A stretch of DNA of 64,000 nucleotides, from the NCBI GenBank assembly GCA_020047915.1, contig JAIFND010000020.1, positions 467-64,466 on the forward strand. The letters are read 5' to 3'. This document shows positions 27,747-37,447 of this stretch, piece by piece. The DNA is from a bacterium (GTDB lineage: Bacteria > Planctomycetota > UBA11346). The notes beneath the pieces are model-generated. The model searched no databases. It had not been told where the DNA came from and saw only the letters and a list, made by a program, of their open reading frames with translations. Position 1 is the first letter of the stretch; each line of letters begins with the position of its first letter. A program made the position numbers and the translations under genes.

Positions 27747-30700
27747 ATGACCAGCATCCTCGACACGCACCGCACCTGCCTCAATGGGTGGTGGGACTTC
27801 CAGCCCGTCTTCGGCGATCCGCCCCAGCCGGAACCGTGTAGTGTGCCGCAGGGGGGCTGGGCGCCGCGCGCCTACCTGGTCCCATCCTGGTGGACCAAGC
27901 CCAAGGATGCGGTGCGCCTGCCGGGCGAGCTGCGCTTCAAGCCATTGCCGACCTGGGACGAGCTGCGCGATGACCATGAAGTCCTGTTCGACGCCTACGC
28001 CTATCCGATGGCCTGGGCGCGCACCCGCGCCGGCTGGGCGAGGCGCGTCTTCGTGGCTGCGGCAGCGGTTCCCGGGCGGCGTCGCCATCTGGTGCTCGAG
28101 GGGCTGATGCCGCGTGGCTGGGTATTCGTCAACGGCGTCCGGGTCGCCTACCACGTCCATCCGACCCTGCCGCTGCGCGTGGACATCGAAGACCACCTGC
28201 GTCCTGGCGAGAACGAACTGGCGGTGCGCATCGCCGACTATGAACGCGATGGCCAGATCAACCATCACAGCAAGGCGGGGCGGATGCTGACCCCGACCGG
28301 CAACTGGATCCCCTGCGATCACAGCGGCCTGTGGCAGGACGCCTGGCTCGAGGAGCGCGGCGAGGTGCGTGTAGTGGGCTGCACCATCGATACCAGCGTC
28401 CGCCGTTCGCAGTTGCGCGTACGCTGGGAGGTGGCCAACGACGGCCCCATCCAGCGCCGGGTGCGGCTTATGGCCGAGGTCGCGCCGTGGGTGCGGTCCG
28501 GACGGGCCGAAGCCCTGTTCCATCTGCCCGGCTGTGATCTGGACCTGGCTCCGGGTGAGATGCGCACGGTGGTCAGCGAGGTGCCGTGGCCGAACCCCCG
28601 CCTCTGGTCGACTGAGGATCCCGCCCTGCACGAACTGCGCACCAGCCTGGCGGGCGAGGGCGGCGAGATGCACCGTGAACGCTTCGGCTTCCGTGAGGTA
28701 TGGATCGATGGCCCTGACCTCATGCTCAATGGCCACCCGATCCACCTGTTCAGCGACTGGGGCCACAAGACGACGCCGTACTACCTGACCGAGTCATGGA
28801 CGCGGCAGTGGTTCGCCATGATGCGTGACGCCAATCTCAACCACACCCGGCTGCATACCCATCCGCATCCACGCCTGATCCTCGATCTCGCCGACGAGGC
28901 GGGGATCCTGGTCACTGGCGAATGCGGCATCCATGGCTCAGGGGGCGAGCAGGGCGCCGATGATCCGCTGTACTGGGAACGTGCCGAGGATCACGTCCGG
29001 CGCTTCGTCGAACGGGATCGCAACCATCCGGCCGTGATCCTCTGGTCGGTCGAGAACGAGATGCGCTGGAACCGCGACACCTCGACCTTGACCCGTGAAC
29101 GCCTGCCCCGGCTGAGGCAGCTGTTCCATGAACTGGATCCATCGCGTCCGGCCTACCACGAGGGTGACAGTTCGCTGTGGCCGGAGGGCGATCAGGCGAT
29201 CCTGTCGCGGCATTATGGCGATGAATGCAGTGGACTGGGATGGTGGGACCAGCGCCAACCACTGCACAGCGGCGAGATGTCGCTCTATCACTACAGCGGC
29301 CCCAACAACACCTTCCACCTGGCCGGCGATCGTGCCTGGAGCGCATGGAGCGCGGTCGAGGTGGCGGCGGCGACCGACACCGCCTGGGTGGTCGAGGGCG
29401 GTCGCACCCAGGGGGTCTGCTGCTTCGGGCCATGGAACCTGTCGTGCCTGCAGAACCTGCGTCCGCACCCGGCGGTGCGCCTGGACTACGCCGACTGGTC
29501 CGCTCCGGGCGCCAAGCCGCTGCAGGTGCCTGCCTGCAGCAGCGAGTTCCGTTTCTGGGAAGGCGGCAGCGGTTACACCCCCGATGTCGGGTTCGCAATC
29601 CAGGCGCAATCCTTCAGGCCGCTGGCCGTGATCGATCTGAATCTGCGTTCCGGCCAGGTGCCGGGTGGCCGCTTCACCCGCACCGTGCATGTCGTGAACG
29701 ACAGCACTGGGCCGGTGGAAGGCGAACTGCTGCTGCGCCTCAGCCGCTCCGGATCCGCACCGCTGATCCAGGTGCGCCATGCCGTGCGCCTCGGGCGCGG
29801 CCGGCGTTGCGCCCTGCCAGTCGATGCCGTGCTCGCCTGCGATGCGCCGACCGGCCTCTACGACTGGGAGGCCTCCTTCATCGACCGGTCGGGTGATCGG
29901 CGCGACGGCTGGACCCGCCAGGTGCTGATCGACGCTCCGCGCGCTGCTGCCATCGACGGGCTGGCGGTGCATGGCGATGGCAGCAGCGACCAGCTTTGGC
30001 CCCTTGTCGGTCTGTGCCCGCGCCGCCTGGCCACGCTCGAAGACCTGTCCAGCGTGCGCGTGCTGGTGATCGAACGCGGCTTGGTGCGGTCCGGATCTGC
30101 GATCAACCAGATCCTGGCGCGCTTCTGCGCCGCCGGTGGACGTGTCCTGCTGCTTGAGCAGGAGACTAGCGTCTTCCCAGGCCTGCGGCTTGAAGCCAAG
30201 AGCGTACGGACCGCCTTCGTCCGCGCACCGCATCATCGCTCCATGGCCGGGATCGGAGATGTCGATCTCCGGTTCTGGGGTGACGCTGGCTATGCCCATG
30301 CCGGCGGTGATACGGCTGTGGCGGACCGTTGTTATCGTAAGGGTGACGGTTCCGCTCTGGCCCTGTGCGATACGGGCGTGGGCAGCTTTGGTCACGGGTC
30401 CTGCGATTTTGCGCCGCTCATCGAGGTGCGTCATGGAGCTGGCGTGCTGATCGGCTGCCAGTTCCTCGTTACCGGCAAGGCGGCAGCCCATCCCGCCGCC
30501 CGCCGTCTGCTGTGCAATCTTCTTGGACACCTCGCTGCATGGCAGGCCCCGGCCGTGCAGCGCATCATCACGGCGACGGCTGAGGCCGTGCCAGCTGGCC
30601 TGGTCGAAGAGGCGCGACGGGGAGCCGTCGTTTGCGTCGGCCCGCTTGATGCCGCAGGTCTCGCCACCTGGGCCACCGCCACCGGAGTCGCATTGCGGCC

Positions 30701-31664
30701 GGTCGAGCTGCCGGATACTTGGCAGATTGTCCGCTCGGGCTGTGACCAGCTGCTCGATGGCCTGAGCCATGAGGACGGCTGCGGGGTCGAGCGGTGGACC
30801 TACTGCGGCGCAGAAGCGGCCGACCACCGCGTGGGCAGCACCTTCATCGCCCCGGCCGATGGGCTCGAATCGTGGTGGGAGACCCCCACGGCCAGCTGTC
30901 TCGCCGAGATGTTCCCACATGGTGGTCGAACCGAACCGTTGCGTGCGCACACCCGTACCCGCTTCCTCGGGGCCGAGCGGCCGCAGCATGCGGTTGCCGT
31001 AGGCCGCATCCGCATCGGCGCCGGCCAGATCATCCTCTCGCAGTTCGCCCCGCCGCAGGCCACCGATGGCGCATTGTTGCGCGAACGCCATGCCCGGCTG
31101 CGCCTGCGCCTGCGCGCCAACCTGGGCGAGGCACCGCGCGACCTCCTGGCCGGGGCCATCGCCGGCGCTGCCGCCCGGTCGGCCGGCCACCCCACCACGG
31201 TGCAGATATTCGACGGCCCCTGCGATGACGGGCTGGCAGAGCGGCTGCGCCAGGCCACGCGGCCCGGACTCGAACGGCTGCTCAACCGCCCCATCCTACT
31301 GCTTGCCGCCTGGCGTGGCCTTGAAGGCCGGGATGGCCGCTGGACCTTCCCGGCCACCGCCGCCGATCGCTGGATCTACCTGGTTGTCGACACGCCGGTG
31401 GCACGTCGAAACGACGTGACCAATCTGGGCGTGCCAAATCCCGAAGCGCTGACCTTCCTCGACCTGGGCGGTGCTGGCCGCGTCGAACTGGTGATCAACG
31501 GTGTCCGACGCCCCGATGTCACCCTGCCCGGGACGGCGACCGACATCGCCCTCGAACGGGGATGGAACCATCTGCTGCTGCGATGGCGCGGCGGCGGCGA
31601 CGATCTCGAGCTGCGCTTCCGCACCATCATGCGCAAACCAGAGCAGGAGTTCGCCTTCGCCTGA
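27747..31664 (+). CDS. Large glycoside hydrolase, family 2-like
   Basis: ATG at 27747 (the track start 27711 is TTG). GH2 sugar-binding pattern WVFVNGVRVAYH...DIEDHLRPGENELAVRI...GLWQDAWLE. TIM-barrel motifs NHTRLHTHP and NHPAVILWSVENEM. ~800 aa of unassigned C-terminal domains. Confidence 0.75.
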   Translation: MTSILDTHRTCLNGWWDFQPVFGDPPQPEPCSVPQGGWAPRAYLVPSWWTKPKDAVRLPGELRFKPLPTWDELRDDHEVLFDAYAYPMAWARTRAGWARRVFVAAAAVPGRRRHLVLEGLMPRGWVFVNGVRVAYHVHPTLPLRVDIEDHLRPGENELAVRIADYERDGQINHHSKAGRMLTPTGNWIPCDHSGLWQDAWLEERGEVRVVGCTIDTSVRRSQLRVRWEVANDGPIQRRVRLMAEVAPWVRSGRAEALFHLPGCDLDLAPGEMRTVVSEVPWPNPRLWSTEDPALHELRTSLAGEGGEMHRERFGFREVWIDGPDLMLNGHPIHLFSDWGHKTTPYYLTESWTRQWFAMMRDANLNHTRLHTHPHPRLILDLADEAGILVTGECGIHGSGGEQGADDPLYWERAEDHVRRFVERDRNHPAVILWSVENEMRWNRDTSTLTRERLPRLRQLFHELDPSRPAYHEGDSSLWPEGDQAILSRHYGDECSGLGWWDQRQPLHSGEMSLYHYSGPNNTFHLAGDRAWSAWSAVEVAAATDTAWVVEGGRTQGVCCFGPWNLSCLQNLRPHPAVRLDYADWSAPGAKPLQVPACSSEFRFWEGGSGYTPDVGFAIQAQSFRPLAVIDLNLRSGQVPGGRFTRTVHVVNDSTGPVEGELLLRLSRSGSAPLIQVRHAVRLGRGRRCALPVDAVLACDAPTGLYDWEASFIDRSGDRRDGWTRQVLIDAPRAAAIDGLAVHGDGSSDQLWPLVGLCPRRLATLEDLSSVRVLVIERGLVRSGSAINQILARFCAAGGRVLLLEQETSVFPGLRLEAKSVRTAFVRAPHHRSMAGIGDVDLRFWGDAGYAHAGGDTAVADRCYRKGDGSALALCDTGVGSFGHGSCDFAPLIEVRHGAGVLIGCQFLVTGKAAAHPAARRLLCNLLGHLAAWQAPAVQRIITATAEAVPAGLVEEARRGAVVCVGPLDAAGLATWATATGVALRPVELPDTWQIVRSGCDQLLDGLSHEDGCGVERWTYCGAEAADHRVGSTFIAPADGLESWWETPTASCLAEMFPHGGRTEPLRAHTRTRFLGAERPQHAVAVGRIRIGAGQIILSQFAPPQATDGALLRERHARLRLRLRANLGEAPRDLLAGAIAGAAARSAGHPTTVQIFDGPCDDGLAERLRQATRPGLERLLNRPILLLAAWRGLEGRDGRWTFPATAADRWIYLVVDTPVARRNDVTNLGVPNPEALTFLDLGGAGRVELVINGVRRPDVTLPGTATDIALERGWNHLLLRWRGGGDDLELRFRTIMRKPEQEFAFA

Positions 31665-31706
31665 ACCCGCGCGGTCGCGCATGGACAACGGCGGGCGCTG
31701 CATCAA

Positions 31707-32594
31707 ATGCGACCGCCCATGCTGATCCCCGACCGCCTCCGCTCCATGATCGATGACGGCTTCGTCCGCCGCATCATCCGGCCGTTGAAGAGCGGCAAGG
31801 AGGCCGAGGTATTCGTGGTCGAGACCGAGGACGGCATCTGCGCCGCCAAGGTCTATAAGGAGGCGCATCGGCGGAACTTCCGTCAGCGCCAGGACTACGT
31901 AGAAGGCCGGCGCAGCGGCGACACGCGTCGCGACCGGGCGATAGACAGCGGCAGCCGTTTCGGCCAAGCCCAGCGCGAGGCCGCCTGGCAGACTGCCGAG
32001 TCCGACACAATGCGCCGGCTCAATGCCGCTGGCATACGCATCCCCCGCCTGCGCCAGCTTGGTGACGGCGTCCTGCTGATGGATCTGGTCACCGGCGCCG
32101 ATGGCGACCCGGCACCGCAACTGGCGACCCAGCACTACCAGCGTGACGAGGCGAAGCATTGGCACTATCAACTGGTGCACGAGGTGTCGCGCATGCTCTG
32201 CGCGGGCGTGGTGCATGGCGATCTCTCCGAATACAACATCCTGCACGCCACCAACGGACCGGTGATCATCGACTTCCCGCAGGCCACCGACGCGGCGCGC
32301 AATTCCAACGCCAAGCGGCTGCTGCTGCGCGATGTAAACAACCTGACCCGGTTCTTCTCCCGTTTCGCACCCGAACTGCGGCGCAGCGAGTACGGCCAGG
32401 AGATGTGGTTGCTGCACGAGCAGACCGCGCTGAAGCCCGACACCAGGCTGACCGGGCGCTACACCGCCGCGCGCGGAGCGGTCGATGCCCAGATCGTCCT
32501 GCGCGAGATCGAGGCGGCCAAGCGTGATGCTGCCAAGCGGGCCGAGATCCGTGCCGCGCGCGGTCTGCCGCCGCTGCCGGTCAGGCGGCCCTGA
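31707..32594 (+). CDS. RIO-family atypical protein kinase
   Basis: 295 aa. Motifs: SGKEAEVFVV, AAKVYK, VHGDLSEYNIL, IIDFPQA. Confidence 0.8.
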   Translation: MRPPMLIPDRLRSMIDDGFVRRIIRPLKSGKEAEVFVVETEDGICAAKVYKEAHRRNFRQRQDYVEGRRSGDTRRDRAIDSGSRFGQAQREAAWQTAESDTMRRLNAAGIRIPRLRQLGDGVLLMDLVTGADGDPAPQLATQHYQRDEAKHWHYQLVHEVSRMLCAGVVHGDLSEYNILHATNGPVIIDFPQATDAARNSNAKRLLLRDVNNLTRFFSRFAPELRRSEYGQEMWLLHEQTALKPDTRLTGRYTAARGAVDAQIVLREIEAAKRDAAKRAEIRAARGLPPLPVRRP

Positions 32595-33639
32595 CGTCCA
32601 GGCGGCTGCGCGCTTCGCGCCAGCTCAGCATGCGCTGCAGCTCGGGGTCCCACGCGCACAGGTCGAGGCAGGCGCGGATGTCGCGGATATGCCACGAGGT
32701 GCGTCCTGGCTGCTGCAATTCCGGGATCGCCTCCATCGCCTCGCGCAGACGGTAGAAGGGGATGCGGTGGTTCAGGTGGTGGACGTGGTGGTAGCCGATG
32801 TCGCCGGTGAACCAGCGCATCAGCGGGCTCATCTCGAACATGCTGGACGCCTGCATCGCCGCGGCGGCAAAGGTCCACTCGGTGCGCGAGGTGAGCTTCA
32901 TCGCCGGAAAGTTGTGCTGGGCGTAGAACAGGTAGGTGCCGATCGCCATCGACACCAGGCAGGGGACGGTCAACAGGCACAGCGCATTGATCCATCCCGC
33001 ATACCAGCCGACGGCGATGAACACCAGGATATGCAGGGCCACGGCCAGCGGCCCGCCCCAGTGCCGCCGTGGCTGACGCATGAGCGGGGCCCACACCATG
33101 CCACCAAGCATCATGGTCAGGCTGCCGGCGAGCATGGTGAGGCCATGCCGCGCGATGCGGTAGCGCAGCCGATCCCAGCGTGAGAGCCGCTGCAGCATGG
33201 CGATGGTCAGCACCGGGAAGGTACCGATAGACGAACCGAGCTGGCGGGCGTTGTTCTGATGATGGTGGTCGTGCGTCTCCTTCCAGACACCGTGCAGGAT
33301 CATCAGGTACACGCCGACCAGGCGCATGAAGAGGCGTGCCACCGGGTCATGGCTGAATATCGCGCCATGCAGTGCATCGTGGTAGAAGATGAACAGCCGT
33401 ACCTGGACCAGGCCGACCAGCGCCCCGGCCAGGATCTTGATCGGCCACGGCTCGATCCACAGCACCAGACACAGTCCGGCGACCAGTGCGGCGACGGTCG
33501 TCAGCAGGAGCTTCCAGCTCGTCCAACGATTTTCGGCCTGGAAGGCTTGCGATGCCTTGATCAGTTCCGGACCGCTGCGGTCCTGTGGTGCATCGGTTGA
33601 TGCCGGTTCTGGGGCGTCCAATGCGGCGTGGCTGGTCAT
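32581..33639 (-). CDS. Membrane fatty-acid desaturase
   Basis: 352 aa. Three His boxes: HDALHG, HDHHHQNN, HHVHHL. Hydrophobic helices between the boxes. Confidence 0.85.
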   Translation of the reverse strand: MTSHAALDAPEPASTDAPQDRSGPELIKASQAFQAENRWTSWKLLLTTVAALVAGLCLVLWIEPWPIKILAGALVGLVQVRLFIFYHDALHGAIFSHDPVARLFMRLVGVYLMILHGVWKETHDHHHQNNARQLGSSIGTFPVLTIAMLQRLSRWDRLRYRIARHGLTMLAGSLTMMLGGMVWAPLMRQPRRHWGGPLAVALHILVFIAVGWYAGWINALCLLTVPCLVSMAIGTYLFYAQHNFPAMKLTSRTEWTFAAAAMQASSMFEMSPLMRWFTGDIGYHHVHHLNHRIPFYRLREAMEAIPELQQPGRTSWHIRDIRACLDLCAWDPELQRMLSWREARSRLDVRAA

Positions 33640-33785
33640 GAGAAGCTTCTACGAGGAAGGTTTGCGGTCGTGGATGCTGCCAGTCAGTGCGCGGCGGACT
33701 TATGGTGAACCTGTGATCCAGCGCAAGATCATATGCTGCAACGCATGGCAGCCCATTCACGCAAGGAAGGTCAGACATTCCTTTC

Positions 33786-33803
33786 TTGATACTGAACTAT
33801 CAA
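33786..33803. promoter_or_regulatory. AT-rich palindrome TTGATA-N6-TATCAA just upstream of znuA (candidate Zur/Fur-family operator)
   Basis: ttgatactgaactatcaa ends 8 nt before the znuA ATG, inside an unusually AT-rich patch of a GC-rich genome. Confidence 0.4.
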
Positions 33804-33810
33804 TACCAGC

Positions 33811-34719
33811 ATGCGGATCATGCTTCGCATTCTCGCCATCCTCGCGCTGATCATGACCCTACCCGGAGTCGAGCCCATCCCGGTCATCACCGGCAGTACT
33901 GTCGTGCATGACTTGGCCGTGCGGATCGGCGGCGAGCGCTTCAGCATATCCTGCCTGCTGCGGCCAGGCGTGGACCCGCATGCCTACCAGCCGGTCCCAG
34001 ACGATATCCGCCGCCTGACCGCCGCCCGCATGGTCATCCTCAACGGTATGGGTTTCGAGGGCTGGTTCGATGGTCTGGCCAAGGAAGCCGCCTTCGCTGG
34101 CACGGTTGTGCAGGCGAGCGCGGGCATCGAACCGGTGATGACCGCAGGCTGCACGGATCACAGCCATGATCACACCCACGATCACCAGGCGTCGGTCCCC
34201 GATCCGCATCCCTACAACTCGATGCGGCAGGGGGTGCGCTATGCCGAGAACATCCGCGATGCCCTCATCGCTGCCGCCCCGGATGCGGCTGAGGCCGTGC
34301 GTACCCGGGCCGAGGCGCTGATCGCCGAGCTGCGTCGAACCGACGCCTGGGCCACCGCCGAACTCGCGTCGATCCCCAAGGCGCGACGGGTGATCATCGC
34401 CAATCACGGTGCATTGGCCTATTTCGCCCGTGACTACGGCTTCCAGGTGCTGGCCCCCAACGGCGCTTTCGAGGACAGCGAACCGAGCGCGAAGCAGTTG
34501 GCCGAACTGATCGCCTTGATCCGCAACCAGGGCGTGCGCGGCGTGTTCCTGGAGTACGCCAAGAATCCGCGCCTGGTCGAGCAGCTCGCCGCCGAGGCCG
34601 GGGTCAAGGTCGCCGCGACGCTGTACCTTGATGGCCTGGGGCCGGCTGGTTCCCCAGCCGAGAGCTACCAGGGGATGTTCCGCAGCAACGTCGCTGCGAT
34701 CCTCGCCGCCCTGAGATGA
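33811..34719 (+). CDS. znuA: Metal (probably zinc) ABC transporter substrate-binding protein, cluster A-I/TroA-like
   Basis: 302 aa. Signal peptide. His-rich loop CTDHSHDHTHDHQ typical of ZnuA. Also DPHAYQP and DPHPY motifs. Confidence 0.85.
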   Translation: MRIMLRILAILALIMTLPGVEPIPVITGSTVVHDLAVRIGGERFSISCLLRPGVDPHAYQPVPDDIRRLTAARMVILNGMGFEGWFDGLAKEAAFAGTVVQASAGIEPVMTAGCTDHSHDHTHDHQASVPDPHPYNSMRQGVRYAENIRDALIAAAPDAAEAVRTRAEALIAELRRTDAWATAELASIPKARRVIIANHGALAYFARDYGFQVLAPNGAFEDSEPSAKQLAELIALIRNQGVRGVFLEYAKNPRLVEQLAAEAGVKVAATLYLDGLGPAGSPAESYQGMFRSNVAAILAALR

Positions 34720-35129
34720 TCGGCCTGGCCGCATCCGCGCTCACCCGGCTTGCCGCTGGCGGCGTATTCTGTCTCCTGGCCATAGCGCTGGTGTGGTGGA
34801 TCGAGCGCGAAGTGCCGGTTTCAATTGAGGTTTCGACTCCCAAGACCATCACTGAGGTGCGCCGTATGCGGATAGCGGCGGAAAGCACCTATCCGGTCGT
34901 CCGGTGGCAGGTACTGGTGCTTGGTCAGGCTCAGTCCGCAAGTTCAAGCGACCAGTGGTCATGGCATGGGACTGTCGAAGCACCTGGTGGCGAGGAGATC
35001 GTCGTCATCGCCCAGGCCGATCCGGCCGCCGCCCAGCCGCACCGTGGACTGCGCCTGCGTCTGGGCGACCTGCCCGAACGCCTGGTCTGGGGCTCGGGTG
35101 ATCTCGTGGTCACAGGCACGATTCCGTGA
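34716..35129 (+). CDS. Hypothetical single-pass membrane protein embedded in the znu operon
   Basis: 137 aa. ATGA overlap with the znuA stop and GTGA overlap with the znuC start. One TM (GGVFCLLAIALVWWI), then a beta-rich domain. No motif recognised. Confidence 0.5.
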   Translation: MIGLAASALTRLAAGGVFCLLAIALVWWIEREVPVSIEVSTPKTITEVRRMRIAAESTYPVVRWQVLVLGQAQSASSSDQWSWHGTVEAPGGEEIVVIAQADPAAAQPHRGLRLRLGDLPERLVWGSGDLVVTGTIP

Positions 35130-35860
35130 GCCATTCGCATCACCACCACAACCATCTCGTCCTCGAGAATCTGACGATCAGCTATCGCCAGCGCCCGGCG
35201 GTGCATCACGTGTCTTGCGCGCTGCCATGCGGCGGACTGGTCGGCGTCGTCGGCCCCAATGGCGCAGGCAAAAGCACCCTGCTGCATGGCATCCTCGGCT
35301 GGCTGCCCCTCGACACCGGTCGTGTGGTGTGGAATGGCCACGATGTATCCGGGCGTCCGGGCGTGATCAGTTGGCTGGGTCAGCGCCGCACCCAGGTCGC
35401 CGGGTTCCCGGCCGATGTCGGGACGGTGGTGGCGACCGGGCGCTATGCGCAACGCGGCATGTTCGGCGGCTATGGCCAGGCTGACCATGTGGCGATCAAC
35501 CAGGCGATGCAGGCGATGGGCATCACCGCCCTGGCCAGCCGGCCCTTCGCCGAGTTGTCGGGCGGCCAGCAGCAGCGTGCCCTGGTCGCACGTGCCCTGG
35601 CCAGTGGCGCCGAGGTGCTGCTGCTCGACGAACCGCTCACCGGCCTGGACGAGCCGAGCGGGCGCGACCTGCTCGGCCGGCTGCGCACCTGGGCCTCGGG
35701 AGGGAGGCTGGCGGTGGCGGTGATCCACGATCTCGCGGCGGTGCGGGCGTGGTGCGATCACGTGCTGCTCATCAACCGCGAACTGGTCGCGGTCGGGCCG
35801 ACCGCCGAGGTGCTGAGCGAAGCGAATATCGCCCGCTGTTACGGGGTGGCGCATGGTTGA
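35126..35860 (+). CDS. znuC: Metal ABC transporter ATPase with His-rich N-terminus
   Basis: 244 aa. Starts MSHSHHHHNH. Walker A GPNGAGKST, signature LSGGQQQRALVARA, Walker B LLLDEPLTGLD. Confidence 0.9.
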   Translation: MSHSHHHHNHLVLENLTISYRQRPAVHHVSCALPCGGLVGVVGPNGAGKSTLLHGILGWLPLDTGRVVWNGHDVSGRPGVISWLGQRRTQVAGFPADVGTVVATGRYAQRGMFGGYGQADHVAINQAMQAMGITALASRPFAELSGGQQQRALVARALASGAEVLLLDEPLTGLDEPSGRDLLGRLRTWASGGRLAVAVIHDLAAVRAWCDHVLLINRELVAVGPTAEVLSEANIARCYGVAHG

Positions 35861-36782
35861 TCCGTTCGCCTTCCTCGCCGAACCCTTTACCCACCGCTTT
35901 GTGGTGCGCGGCCTGGCGATGGCTCTGCTGCTGGGCATCGCCGGTGGCCTGGTCGGCTGCGTCCTGCTGCTGCGCCGCATCGTGCTCATCGCCGACTCGT
36001 TCGGTCATGCCCTGCTGCCTGGCATCGGCCTGGCGTATATGTGGTTCGGCCCCGGCCATACCGGACTCTATGCCGGAGCGGCAGTGGCCGGTCTCGGCAC
36101 CGCCGTGATGAGCGGCCTGGTCAACCATCTCACGCGGTTGCCCGAGGACGCTGCCTTCGGCAGCCTCTTCGTGCTGTGCTTCGCGGTCGGCATCATGCTG
36201 ATGAGCCAGGTCGCCGCCCCGGTCGATCTGCTGCATTATCTCTTCGGCAACATCCTCGGCGTCACCGGCGATGATCTGTGGCGCGTCTGCTTCACCACCT
36301 GCGCCACCGTGCTGGCCATCTGCCTGTCCTATCGCGCCGTGCTCATGGAGGCCTTCGATCCGCAGTTCCTGCGTGTCAGCGGTGGGCGCAGCCTGCTCAT
36401 CCACCTCGGTGTGCTCGTCGCGGTGGTGATCAACATCGTCGCCGCGCTCAATGCCGTCGGCCTGGTCCTCTCGCTGGGCCTGTTCATCCTGCCGGCCGCC
36501 ACCGCGTATCTGTGGTGCGAACGATTCGGCAGCATGCTGCTGGTCTCGGCGATCTACGGCGGCCTCGCCTCGTGCGCCGGATTGCTGGTCAGCTGGCATC
36601 TCGATCTGCCGAGCGGTGCGTGCATGGTCGCGGCGCTGGGGGCCGGTTTCGTGCTGTCGCTGCTGCTGAGCCCGCGTCATGGCCTGCTCGGCCGGCTGCT
36701 GCCGCGGCGGCACTTCACCCATGACGAAGGGGCTGAAGTGTGTGCAGCTCAGGGCCCGGACGGCAAGGTGCTGGGCAAGTAG
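35853..36782 (+). CDS. znuB: Metal ABC transporter permease (ABC-3 family)
   Basis: 309 aa polytopic protein, ZnuB/TroC-like (…LIADSFGHALLPGIGLAY…). 8-nt overlap with znuC. Confidence 0.85.
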   Translation: MVDPFAFLAEPFTHRFVVRGLAMALLLGIAGGLVGCVLLLRRIVLIADSFGHALLPGIGLAYMWFGPGHTGLYAGAAVAGLGTAVMSGLVNHLTRLPEDAAFGSLFVLCFAVGIMLMSQVAAPVDLLHYLFGNILGVTGDDLWRVCFTTCATVLAICLSYRAVLMEAFDPQFLRVSGGRSLLIHLGVLVAVVINIVAALNAVGLVLSLGLFILPAATAYLWCERFGSMLLVSAIYGGLASCAGLLVSWHLDLPSGACMVAALGAGFVLSLLLSPRHGLLGRLLPRRHFTHDEGAEVCAAQGPDGKVLGK

Positions 36783-37447
36783 GGATTATCCGGGCGTTCG
36801 ATGCGCTGCCAGGACGAGGCATCGATCACGACGCCGCCGTCCATCGCCCGCACCGTGCCCGCGACCTCGACCCACATGCCGTCTTCGACCTCTGCGGCGG
36901 GGATGCCAAGCACTGCGACGGCCACCGGGTTGGCATCCGCGACACAGCAGATGATGCGGAAGCGCAGCAGCGCGACCGGATCAGGTGGGCGGGGACCGGT
37001 GATCGGCAGCAGGTAGTTCAGCCGGCCGACGGGTCGCACCAGCATGGCCTGCACTCTCACAACGCGCACGGCATCCGGGGTCAAGCGGTCAAGGCGCGGT
37101 CGGGAGGGGTCGGCGGCGGGCGCAGCGGTTGCCGGCGGCACGAGATTCTGCACCGCAGTCCGCCCAACGGCAGCGGTGTGATCCAATCCAGGAATCCCTG
37201 CTCGCCACAGCAGGAAAATCGGGGCGGCGGCGATCACGAAGCCCCAACCGGTCGGCCAGGGCGGACGCTTCCAGTCGATGCCACCACGGGCCGCGAGGAG
37301 GGCGAGGATGCCGACCGCGACCCCGCTGAGCACCGCCAGGTTACGGACCGTGGGGGTGACGACATCACCCCAGGAATCACCCAGGCTGAGCTCAAGAAGG
37401 TAGGCAGCCCACAGGCAGGCCGCCAGCAGGCGGGTCCAGCTCACCAT
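36749..37447 (-). CDS. TIGR03943-family membrane protein (partner of two-component permease)
   Basis: 232 aa. N-terminal TM helices. C-terminal RFRIICCVADANPVAV motif recalled from TIGR03943. 7-nt overlap with the upstream permease gene. Confidence 0.7.
   Translation of the reverse strand: MVSWTRLLAACLWAAYLLELSLGDSWGDVVTPTVRNLAVLSGVAVGILALLAARGGIDWKRPPWPTGWGFVIAAAPIFLLWRAGIPGLDHTAAVGRTAVQNLVPPATAAPAADPSRPRLDRLTPDAVRVVRVQAMLVRPVGRLNYLLPITGPRPPDPVALLRFRIICCVADANPVAVAVLGIPAAEVEDGMWVEVAGTVRAMDGGVVIDASSWQRIERPDNPYLPSTLPSGP

Noticed and set aside
28938-31190. 750-aa minus-strand ORF.
   Set aside because: It lies antisense to the GH2-like hydrolase and is a shadow ORF. The same judgement applies to 31296..32417, 40825..41889, 14544..15986, 20470..21681, 45695..46723, 55139..56212 and the other long opposite-strand ORFs in the track.
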